Shown here: one piece after another, positions 14,556-25,869 of the stretch | How positions within the stretch are numbered: the stretch's first letter is position 1 | Layout: each line of letters begins with the position of its first letter | NCBI RefSeq assembly: GCF_009914755.1 | Contig: NC_060930.1 | From: the human T2T-CHM13v2.0 reference genome, Homo sapiens | DNA length: 64,000 nt | Strand: one strand, 5' to 3' | Position numbers and translations under genes: made by a program | The notes under the pieces: model-generated | Seen by the model: only the letters and a program-made list of their open reading frames with translations | What the model was told of the DNA's origin: nothing | Database searches by the model: none

Positions 14556-17471
14556 CATTTAAAAAAAAATCACTTGGCACTGCAAAGAGTACACAAAATA
14601 ACACTGAGTGAAAAATGACAACAAAACCAGAATACGAGCCTCACTTTGTGAAATGTACAAAAATATGTGTTTACTTAAAGATTTATTCCATAAGCCATGA
14701 ATGTAGCATACAAAGATAAAAACGATATAATTTTAACAGTGAAGGTGGAAATGAGGCCAGGTCTCATTTTATTATTTATGATCTCTATTTCCAATTGTAG
14801 TCAATAAACATATAAAAAGATCCAATCCTTTGAATCCAAGCTTGACATTTTCAATCAGAGCTCTTCAGCCTCTTCGAAATACACTGCCAATCAGAGTTGT
14901 CTTAGAAACACTGTAAGCCCAGTCTTCAATTAGGGGGAAAAGAGAAAGGGCAAAACCACAGTTTTGTTTTTCCACTACTACTTTTCTCATCTAGTCTAAA
15001 ATCCCTTTCTCCATCCCCACCCCTCCTCACAAAAACCTCTTGGGAGTGACTGAACGCAAGTAACCTAAAACTGGAATTTCTGGAACTGTATGGTTTTCAA
15101 AAACCATCATATTGTCATCTCCCTACTTCTACACACATGCCCAGAATTGGATTTCATACTTATTTTCACAACAAAATCTCCCAGTAGTACTTAAACATTT
15201 TCTTTTTCCTTTTTTCAAAAGCATGGGCAGGTTATATCGGAAAAAAAGAGGAGAATAATTTGGCACCTGTGGAGGTGATGTCATTACCAGCCATGGGTCT
15301 GAACTGTCCCTGGAATGCAGCTTGCAGCTTGAATCTCTGAGCCCACCCAACGCTGTTGAACATAAAACACACTCATATTTGACTGGCTCTGCTTAGGAAG
15401 CCCTGTACTTACAACTTATCAGCTTTAAACTTTTTATAGAACATAGCATCAAATATTGTCAAGGATCATCCTTGGAAGGCCAAACTTTACAGCTCTAAAC
15501 CTTTATTTAATATCTGGCAGGCCTGTGAACGACTTGTTCTGCCTGCCTATCTATAGACAGTCCCTGCTTCATGATAGGTTGTATTCCAAAAGCCTGATTT
15601 TGAGTCACCAGCTTGAAAAAAGAACTATACATACTCCCAACAACAGATGGAGTGAAGGCTTGATTGAAGAAGGGGTGGGCACAGTGGGGGAGTAAGACCG
15701 ACAGGGAATGACAAAAGTGAACCTGGGGGTGTAAGCTCCAATCCTCAATCTGTAAAATGAGGTTAAGGAAATCTAAAACAAAGCAGGTAGAATAACAGTT
15801 TCTTGACATAAAGTAAACACCAATATATGTTAGCTACTGTTATCATTTTCTCTCTTCACAGAAACAGTCATTAAAGGGAGTATTAATTCCCTAGGCCTAC
15901 CAAAGGAAGGTCAATTAACCTATTAACACACCTGAAAGTACTTGAAAACCACAAATCCTAACAACACTTCTAAGGAAAGCATGCAGTAAGGAGTTCCGAC
16001 TAGCACACATGTGCTCTCCAGAGGAAGAAGTGCACCCTCCATTCACACCAGACAGTGCAATGCAGAATCCTTACCCCCACCACTCCTCCAGCAAGAAGCC
16101 CACCCAGAAATGAGGTGCCTGTAAAGGAGATGGGGTGTGAACTCTGAACTCCAACAGACTAGGGGTGAAGGGCTACAGAAATTTAAGCCTCTGCCCAAAT
16201 CACCCAACTCCCCACTACACAACTCCCTGGTCACCTTTCCCTTCCTTTTTAGTAGCCACCGAATGTAGCCCTCCTGCTTCCCACTGCCAGCATCTGTCCA
16301 GGACGGTCATGTACAAACAGGAACTAGACTCTTCACCTTCCAAATTCAGTCTAGAAAGCAACATAAAGCTTTGCAACTTTCTATCAAGATTTTACTATTC
16401 ATAACAATCAAGAAATGGATAAGAAAAGCCTAAATATGTTTGTCTGTTTTTACTTACATTCCAAAGGCAAAGGCAAAAACACACTCAGACGTCAATGCTA
16501 ATATAGATACATTTAAAGTAGTCAAGACAACAGAAAAAGGAAGAAGCTGCAACTTCTATCTTGCAATTCCCAAGACGGTGCTTACTTGATCTTTTACAGA
16601 GTTTTTTTTTTTTTTAACCTTCAAAAACCTCTAAAAAGTAGTCAGTTTTCAATTATCTACTGCTGGTGATGTGTTTTATAGGCAACAACATAGCTATGTC
16701 CCAGAAAGCTCTCTCCCTGTGACCCAAAGCACATCCAAAGTCCCCTCTCCTCATTGCACAGCTTTTACAGACTCACAAGATCTTAGAGATGCCCTAGAAC
16801 CTGACATTTGTCTAATCTATTTTTCCCAGTCTGACAATGAAGCTGGAGCTATCTGTGTGGAGCCAGAAGTTCAACCAATACCTCTGGGCCATGCTTTTCC
16901 CCACCACTCTAGAATGTTTAAAGTCAGTGGAAAGGGGAGTGTTGGGGGGAGCCAGAATCTCAAGCCAAGCCTTCACATGTATAATGTATTCCAAATGTAA
17001 ACATTTCTTAGTTATTACCCATATTCCTGCTCCCTTCTATAAGGCACAGGGCAGAAGACTATGCGAGTGTGTATGCATTCCTACTTAAAAGGCAAATCTC
17101 AGTAATCCTGTTTTTTCTCACTATCTCAGTTACCCATTCCCACGGTCATGCACCAAGAACTGGCTTTCAATTTTTTCCAACTGTGACCCAGAGGGAAATA
17201 TTTACATCCCAACGCAGTTCACAAATACACAGTAAACACACCCAGTTTTAATGAAAACAACATTTTTAAATGACTATGTGATCACTCTGATCAAGACTCA
17301 AGGCTAAGCTTGGGGAGGAGTTCATGCTAAATCCAGCCCCAACCCTTCCACTCAAAAAGCCTTCTCCCTGACAGCAGATAGCCTCAGCCAGAAAAAAAAG
17401 GTGCATCTCTTTCCTCTCCTTCCTTATTTCTTTCCTTTCCCAAAAAGAAGTCCTTCTTGTTGTGTGTTAGG

Positions 17472-17777
17472 TTTTCTTTTGTTTGTTCTTTTTTTTGAGA
17501 TGGAGTTTCGCTCTGTCAACCACGCTGAAGTGCACTGGCTCGATCTCGGCTCACTGCAACCTCTGCCTCCCAGGTTCAAGCGATTCTCATGCCTCAGCCT
17601 CCTGAGTAGCTGGGATTACAGGCACCCACCACCACACTAGGGTAATTTTGTATTTTTTAGTAGAGACAAGGTTTCACCAGGTTGGCCAGGCTGGTCTCGA
17701 ACTCCTGACCTCAAATGATCTGCCTGCCTCTGCCTCCCAAAGTGCTGGGATTACAGGCATGAGCCACCGCACCCGAC
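17472..17777 (-). mobile_element. Alu (AluSx-like)
   Basis: Antisense dimeric Alu. Confidence 0.95.
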
Positions 17778-17801
17778 GAACTTCTTTTTAAGTTCACTTA
17801 A

Positions 17802-18127
<326 letters not shown>

Positions 18128-18543
18128 TTAGATTTTTTAGCATTTTTTAAAAATGCTGGTCATGACTCTCTAATACTAGGTTTTGAAAAATCCTGCCCTA
18201 GACCTATTACTCTACAATTATCTCAATTTCATGCACCCCGACCTCTGAATATCTATCTTTCCAGCTCAATCCCTCTTCTCCAACAATTCTCTAACCCTGA
18301 GGATCCTGTGCCCATACCACCTTCCCAGTGCCCCAGTCTTCACTCCCTTCCTTAAGCAGCTTGGATCCCATGGGCCCCAATCACATCTTAACTCCTTTGC
18401 CCCTCCCTACCTCCAACACACTCGCCCTATTTATGGTTACATTTACCTTGGCCTTACTTCAGATGTGCACCCAAGCAGCCAAATGAAAATAGCCACAGTA
18501 ACTTTTCTCAATTTAAATCCACAGCCACAAACTTTAAGCAGAC

Positions 18544-20847
18544 GGATATGGTTTGGCTCTGTGTCCCCACTCAGATCTCACCTTGAATAGTAATAATCCC
18601 CATGTGTCAAGGGTAGGACCAGGTGGGCAGTTTCCCCGATTCTGTTCTCGTGACAGTGAGTTCTCATAAGATATTGTAGTTTTATAAGGGGCTTCCCCCT
18701 TCGCTCAGCACTCATTCTCTCTCCTGCCGCCCTGTGAGGAGGTGTCTTCCACCGTAACTTTGTTTCCTGAGGCTTCCCCAGCCAAATGGAACTGTGAGTC
18801 AATTAAACTTCTTTCTTTTAAAAATTACCCAGTCTTGGGTATCTCTTTATAGCAGCATGCAAATGAACTAATACAGTAAATTGGTACCGGGAGTGGGGTG
18901 CCGCTGTAAAGATAACCGAAAATGTGGAAGGAACTTTGGAAATGGGTAACAGGCAGAGGTTGGAACAGTTAGGAGGACTCAGAAGAAGATAGGAAAATGT
19001 GAGAAAGTCTGGAACCTCCTAGAGACTTGTTGAATGGCTTAGACCAAAATGCTGATAGTAATATGGGACAATGAAGTCCAAGCTGAGGTGGTCTCAGATG
19101 GAGATGAGGAATGTGTTGGGAACTGAAGTAAAGGTCACTGTTTCTATGCTTTAGCAAAGAGACTGGTGACATTTTGCCCCTGCCCTAGAGATCTGTGGAA
19201 CTTTGAACTTAAGAGAGATTATTTAGGGTATCTGGTGGAAGAAATTTCCAGGCAGCAAAGCATTCAAGATGTGACCTGGATTATTCTGAAAGCATTCAGT
19301 TGTATGTGTTCACAAAGAGGTGGTTTAAAATTTGAATTTATGTTTAAAAGGGAAGCAGAGCATTAAAGTTTGGAAAATTTGCAGCCTGACAATGCAATAA
19401 AAAAGAAAAACCAATTTTCTGGGGAGAAATTCAAGCTGGCTGCAGAAATTTGCATGAGCAACAAGGAGCCAAATGTTAATCCCAAGACAATGGGAAAAAT
19501 GTCTCCAGGGTATGTGAGAGACCTTCACAGCAGGTGCTTCCCATCACAGGCCCAGAGGCCTAGGAGGGAAAAATGGTTTTGTGGGCTGGGCCCAGGGTCC
19601 CCTGCTCTGTGCAGCCTCTGGACATGTGCCCTGCATCCCAGCTGCTTCAGCTCCAGCTGTGGTGGCTAAAAGGGGCCAAGGTACAGCTCAGGCCATTGCT
19701 TCAGAGGTGCAAGCCCCAAGCCTTGGTGGCATCCACGTGGTGTTGACCCTGCGGGCGCGCAGAAGTTAAAAATTGAGGTTTGGGAACTTCCACCTAGATT
19801 TCAGAGGATGTATGGAAACACCTGGATGTCTAGGCAGAAGTTTGCTGCAGAAGTCGAGCTCTCAGAAAGAACCTCTGCTAGGGCAGTGCGGAAGGGAAAT
19901 ATAGGGTTGGAACCCCACACAGAGTCCCCTCTGGGGCACTGCATGGTGAAGCTGTGAGAAGACAGCCACTGTCCTCCAGACCCCAGAACGGTAGATTCAC
20001 CAACAGCTTGCACCTTGTCCCTGGAAAAGCCACAGACACTCAATGCAAGCCCATGAAAGCAGCCGGGAGTGGGGCTGTACCCTGCAAAGCCACAGGGGTG
20101 GAACTTCCCAAGGCCATGGGAGCCCAACTCTTGCATCATGATCTGGATGTGAGACATGGAGTCAAAGGAGATCGTTTTGGAACTTTAAAGTTTAATTACT
20201 GCCCTATTGGATTTCAAACTTAGGTGGGGCCTGTAGCCCCTTTGTTTTGGTCATTTCTCCCGTTTGGAATGGTAAATACCCAATGCCTGTACCCCCATTT
20301 TATCTAGGATTAACTAACTTGCTTTTGATTTTACAGGCTCATAGGCCGAAGGGATTTGCCTTGTCTCAGATAAGACTTTGGACTTGGACTTTGAAATTAA
20401 TGCTGGAATGAGTTAAGACTTTGGGGGATTGTTGGAAGGACATGACTGTGTTTTGAAATGTGAGGATATGAGATTTGGGAGGGACCAGGTTGGAATTATA
20501 TGGTTTGCCTCTGTGTCCCCACTCCAATCTCACCTTGAATTGTAATAATCCCTATGTGTCAAGGGTGGGGCCAGGTGGAGTTAAGTGAATCACAGGGGCA
20601 GTTCCCCAAGCTGTTCTTGTGATAGTGAGTTCTCACGAGGTCTGATGGTTTTATAAGGGGCTTTCCCCCTTCAGTCGGCACTCATTCACTCTCCTGCTGC
20701 CCTGTGAAGAGCTGCCTTCCACCATGATTGTAAGCTTCCTGAGGCCTCCCCAGCCATGTGGAATTGTGAGTCAATTAAACCTCTTTTCCTTATAAATTAC
20801 CCAGTCTCGGGTATTTGTTCATAGCAGCATGAGAACAGACTAATACA
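18544..20847 (+). mobile_element. Full-length THE1 (THE1D/C-like) MaLR element: 5' LTR 18544-18875, internal 18876-20495, 3' LTR 20496-20847
   Basis: Both LTRs read .ATATGGTTTG.CTCTGTGTCCCCAC...CTAATACA; internal starts GTAAATTGGTACC; perfect 5-bp TSD CAGAC at 18539-18543 and 20848-20852. Confidence 0.95.
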
Positions 20848-21838
20848 CAGACCCTTAGCAATTCTCAGAAATCCTATGAGAATTCCCTACTCAATCCACA
20901 CTCCCAGGCTCTTAGAAACTTATTTCGTACCTGTACATATTTCACACCTGTACATAAAGCAAAAAAAAATTATAGACTTAAAAAGATGTAACACTGGTAA
21001 CTGGATGTTCCCATATTCCCAGCCATAATCCAACCACAGCTATCCTCCAATAGGAAAAATCTAAACTCTGTTTAACAAACTGTCACCCACCCCCACCAAA
21101 AAAAAAAAACCAAACTAGTCATTTAGAAAAAAAAGGTAAATCTGCCCCAGTAATATTAATAAGTTGAAGGCCACATAACCATTAAATACAGGAAAATTTA
21201 CTTTCAGAGAGTGCTTTTGTTTTCTCCCCTTTTATGAAAATGTTTGGTAATATTCTCTCTTAATTCTCTTACCAAATCAGTCCATATGCAACTATGTTCT
21301 GCCACCGTAATCACTGATGGGCCTAACAGTTTATTGTCCAAATATAATTTGTTCAACCATGCAAACATCTGTGCAATCAGGCATGTTCAATTTGCCAGGG
21401 ACAAGTCCAGTGACATGGCCACAAGTGATAAGCACCAATGCTCTGTTAGTGGGCCTTTCGCTGAAAGAAACAGCTTTTCCCACAATTATCTCTAGATTGA
21501 ATTCAAGTGTCTAATTAATGCTTTCATGTAATTCAACAAAAACAAAACATTTACATTATAGAGTTACTATTTATTCTAACCCAAGTCACTAATGGTAACA
21601 CTAATGCACATAAGCATATAAACCCCAGAGTAAAATGGAGCTGTGTTTCTTCAAATTCAAGGGCCAGTAGAAGTGAAGGCTAAGGAAGCATGTCTGCCCA
21701 AAGACAGAGTAAGAAGCACTGCCCAGAATTCCAGGTGCTACAAGAGTGCTGTCATTGTACAATCACTGCTGGACATCAAGGGCCATTTCTATTGCTTTGC
21801 AACTCCTTTCTTCCTGATAGAAATAAAGAATTAATTAA

Positions 21839-22137
21839 TTTTTTTTTTTTTTTTGAAACGCAGTTTCACACTGTCACCCAGGCTGGAGTACAGTGGTGCA
21901 ATCTCGGCTCACTGCAACCTCCGCCTCCTGGGTTCAGGTAATTCTCGTGTCTCAGCCTCCCAAGTAGCTGGGATTATGGGTACACACCACCATGCCCAGC
22001 TAATTTTTGTATTTTTAGTAGAGACGGGGTTTCACCATGTTGGCCAGGCTGGTCTCGAACTCCTGACCTCAAGTGATCCTCCCACCTCAGCCTCCCAATG
22101 TGCTGGAATTACAGGCGTGAGCCACTGCACCTGGCCA
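21839..22137 (-). mobile_element. Alu (AluSx/Sz-like)
   Basis: Antisense Alu; AGAATTAA on both flanks. Confidence 0.95.
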
Positions 22138-23347
22138 GAATTAAATCATCAATTTTTTAAAAACATCAGATTTGAGTGTGTAAATCCATATACCAGCAAA
22201 TAGGCAGATCATTCTTCAGCTTGGAGCAACCTCAGGTGAAAAACATTAACACCTCCTGGACCTGCAGATATAGCCAAGACCACACACTAGCCTGCCAGCC
22301 TCCTAGCCTCACTCATCCAGACCTCCAGCATCAAAAAGGAACGTGCACAGCACCAAGATGATCAAGCTAAGGCAACAATTCCTACCTTCACTTACTCAAG
22401 AGCCTCCTCAGCACCCTGACTTTTCATCAGCCTACAGACCATTTTCCCTGATTCAGTGTTAAGACTGCTAAGATGTTTGCTTCTTTTTCTCCTCTACCAT
22501 TCATTCACTCAAAATTTAGCGACTGGCTATTATGTAATCAGCACTGTGCCAGGACCTCATAGCCTAGTAAGGGACACAGGGAGTAAGTGCATAATCACAA
22601 TCCATTCTGAGAACTATCTACAGAAAGCCATATGCAAAGTAGCATAAGAATAGAGGATGAAGTAGGATAAAACTGGAGCCATTCATAAAGGATGGAGGGA
22701 AGAAAGGAGGTACAGATTCCCAAGTACCTGCAAAGGCATCAAGCATAAAAGACCACTACAAGTTGCTCTTTTCAACTTTTCAAATTTAGTCAAAATTACA
22801 AACGGTAGGCCCAAGAACTTCTGAGGTAATAAATCAGTCCATTTTTCCACTAACAAGGTGGATATTTTGTAGATATTAACTGAGAAGTTTCTTCAAGATC
22901 TTCTGAAAATTCCATGTAACCATTGTATTTCGGCTTTCTATTTACAAATCAACACTTGACTCTATAGACATGTACTTCAAACTTATGTCTTAATCACAAC
23001 TGCATTCTCTGGTACTCAGTATAATTCTGAGAGGCAGACTAGGACCTTCATTCAAGCCAAAACTGTCTTAAGTGAAATATATCTTTGATGGGTATTCCTT
23101 TCATTCTTTGGCTTCTCTCCCACCCCAAGCCAAGGTAGTTCAGGTACCACTCTTAATAGGCAGTCGACTACCGTGGCTAATAGAATGGCAGGTAACAGTT
23201 TAAAGGGTGACCTCCCCTAAGTAGGGGTGAAGACAGGAAGCAAGTGAAAGAGAATCCAGTGTACAGTAAATGGGTGCTAAGTTAGGACTGGGTGAGAAAA
23301 CAGATGGATATCCTCTTCCTCCACCTCTAGAAGAGAACAACTTTCCA

Positions 23348-23622
23348 GGCCAAGCACAGTGGCTCAAGCCTATAATCCAGCACTTTGGGAGACCAAGGCA
23401 GGTGGCTCACTTGAGGTCAGGAGTTCAAGACCAGCCTGGCCAACATGGCAATACCCCATCTCTACTAAAAATACAAAAATTAGCTGGGCGTGGTGGCACG
23501 CACCTGTAGTCCCAGCTACTCGGGAGGCTGAGGCATGAGAATCACTTTAACCCAGGAGGCAGAGTCTGCAGTGAGCCGAGACTGAGTCACTGCACTCCAG
23601 GCTGGGCAACTGAGGGAGACTC
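23348..23622 (+). mobile_element. Alu (S-type) lacking poly-A tail
   Basis: Complete body to ...GAGACTCT, followed by AGATGGGGGCGGGGGGA instead of an A-tail. Confidence 0.92.
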
Positions 23623-23742
23623 TAGATGGGGGCGGGGGGAGCTTCCCTAGTTACTACTGAGTTGTTTTGTTATGAAAAAAAATCTCATGAAGTCAGAGCT
23701 TCTAACGGATTAGATTTAGCCTGGGCCCTGTGTTAGCTAAGT

Positions 23743-23917
23743 CAGGGTTTCTCAACCTCCGCACTACCAACATTTTATTGTGAGGAGCTGTCCCTGTGAA
23801 CTGTAGGATGTTTAGCAGCATGGCGGGCTACCACATACTAGATACCACTAGCACACCTTCAAGTTGTGGAAATAAAAAATGTCCCCTACGGAACATCACC
23901 TGGGCTGGGAACCACCA
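23743..23917 (+). mobile_element. MER20 (hAT-Charlie) DNA transposon fossil
   Basis: CAGGGTTTCTCAACC...GCTGTCC.TGTG.ACTGTAGGATGTTTAGCAGCAT...ACTAGAT.CCA...GAACCAC. Confidence 0.85.
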
Positions 23918-24899
23918 TACTAGATGATGAACATCAGGCTACTTATTAACTGTACAATGAAGAAGAAACTGATGTTGATGAATAGGACAAAATATTGAGA
24001 TGAGAAAAAGATTATGCCATATTGGTCTACTGCCTGCATTTTAATGAAAAGCCAATAGATATCCCCAATAGAAGAGGGAAAAAAAATGAAAATTAAGTCC
24101 AACAAAGTAAAGCAAAGCAAAGTCTGCAGCATTTAAATAAAAACATGATTGAGTGTATGTGATGCTAATTGCTAACTGAGACCACAAAATTACATTAAAT
24201 GATTAGGTACACAGGTGCTCAGGCATGGCGGAAGTGCAACAAAGAAAGAGTTTAGTAAAAACATTAAAACCAAGTCAAACCAACTCTATCTTCATTCCAC
24301 ATATCCAAGCCCATTCTACAAGAATCTTCTTTAACTGATTTGATTCTACAAAATGAACATTTGTAATAGTAACTATTTTGTATTAATAATAATTAGCAAC
24401 ACATAGACAGGACTCCAAATCCCGGTTCCAACTATCTTCTAACTACATGACACCCTCTCTAAGCTATTTCCCCTATCCAGAGAAGTAAAAGGTGTAACCA
24501 ATGTAAGAACATGAGCACAGTGCCTGGCACACTGTAAGTACTAATAAATGGCAATTACCAGTAGTTACACATATTATTTTGTAAACATGTTTTTACTACA
24601 AAATGGAAGACATTGCCCAAGAGGAACTAAGAAGAAAACACACTTCTAATCAGTTAACTAAAGAAAAAAAAATATATATATATAAGACCCAATCCTGTAA
24701 AATACATGCCTAAGATGCCAAAATTTACTTCACTCTAAAGGCAGGAGAAAAACATGGATTACCAACCAAGCACATGGCTATAATAAAAGCAAAATATAAA
24801 TGCTACTTTTTTTTTAAGTATCACATTATTTCCCACTTGCACTCACTCCAAATATATTTCCCCAGACTTTTATCCAAATCAGCTAAAATACCATTTTCA

Positions 24900-25800
24900 A
24901 GGGGTTGAGATTAAAAATTCACTTTATAAAAGAAATTTTCTATGAAGCCTAATAATCAAGTAGAAAAAAGAGTATTTTCTCACACATATCCAGAGCCAGT
25001 TTAGAGTTGCTGTTTTTGCCTCACAGAAGTTGTTTTCCAGCCACAAGCTACTACAGATTGTTCAGACCTTTTGGCAGCAACACAGGAAACTGCCCTTTTC
25101 ACCCGTTCTCCCACAAAAATGTAGTCAATTTCTAGGCAAGCCCATATCTCAAGGCTACTTTGCTTTATAGAGCCAAATGCACACAATTTTTCATTTAGCA
25201 TTAAGAAAGGGCCCCATATATTTTGCATTTTTGTAAAGAAAATTGAAAGCAAGTCACCAAAGACATACGGGCAAAGTTATTTATTAAATCAGCTCATAAA
25301 GTGTGCCACACCAACATTTGAAATTTATAGGACTTTCGGAATCACAGCTGTTTCTGTTTTATATCCAAATCGTCCAGGATGCAATGGGCAACACGTGAAG
25401 CTATTTCCTGATGCTTAATTGTGCCTTGGTGTCCCACTATTCTCAACTTGCCATGTTTCAAATAAATAGTTAAAATAGGTGTGATTAAAAAAAAAAAAAA
25501 AAACTCAGGCAGCCCACTCACTCACCATATCTTTCATTTGAATCTGAGGTTTTTCTACAATACTATGGATCACATAAAGACATCTGAGCAAGTCACAGGA
25601 TGAAGCTGAAGTTCTTCTCACATTTCTTATTCAAGTATACAAAATCAACCCACATTTTTCTCCTTCAGTTATTTAAGGGGAGGTGAGGGTAGGAGGTGGT
25701 AAATTATGCAACAGCTATAACGTATTTAATTTCTAAAAATGAAGCCAATGCTGCCTTTTAAATGCAAAATTAAAGATGACCCTTTAAAAACCAGGAATCC
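24900..25800 (-). mobile_element. Highly decayed RTE-clade LINE RT fragment (inverted copy)
   Basis: Homologous in reverse to 26800-27650; translation gives QML(V) near 25320 (cf. QML.FADD region) and LNEK...FG / GERVKR in ORF 25001-25252. Confidence 0.5.
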
Positions 25801-25869
25801 CTTTGTATCCCATTTGGCTTAAAATTTCACAGACTGGTCATTTATTTAGAACACAAGGAAGTCCAAATG

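Noticed and set aside
18578-20223. Cluster of overlapping ORFs
   Set aside because: All lie in the decayed THE1 LTR/internal sequence and are fragmented by stops and frameshifts.
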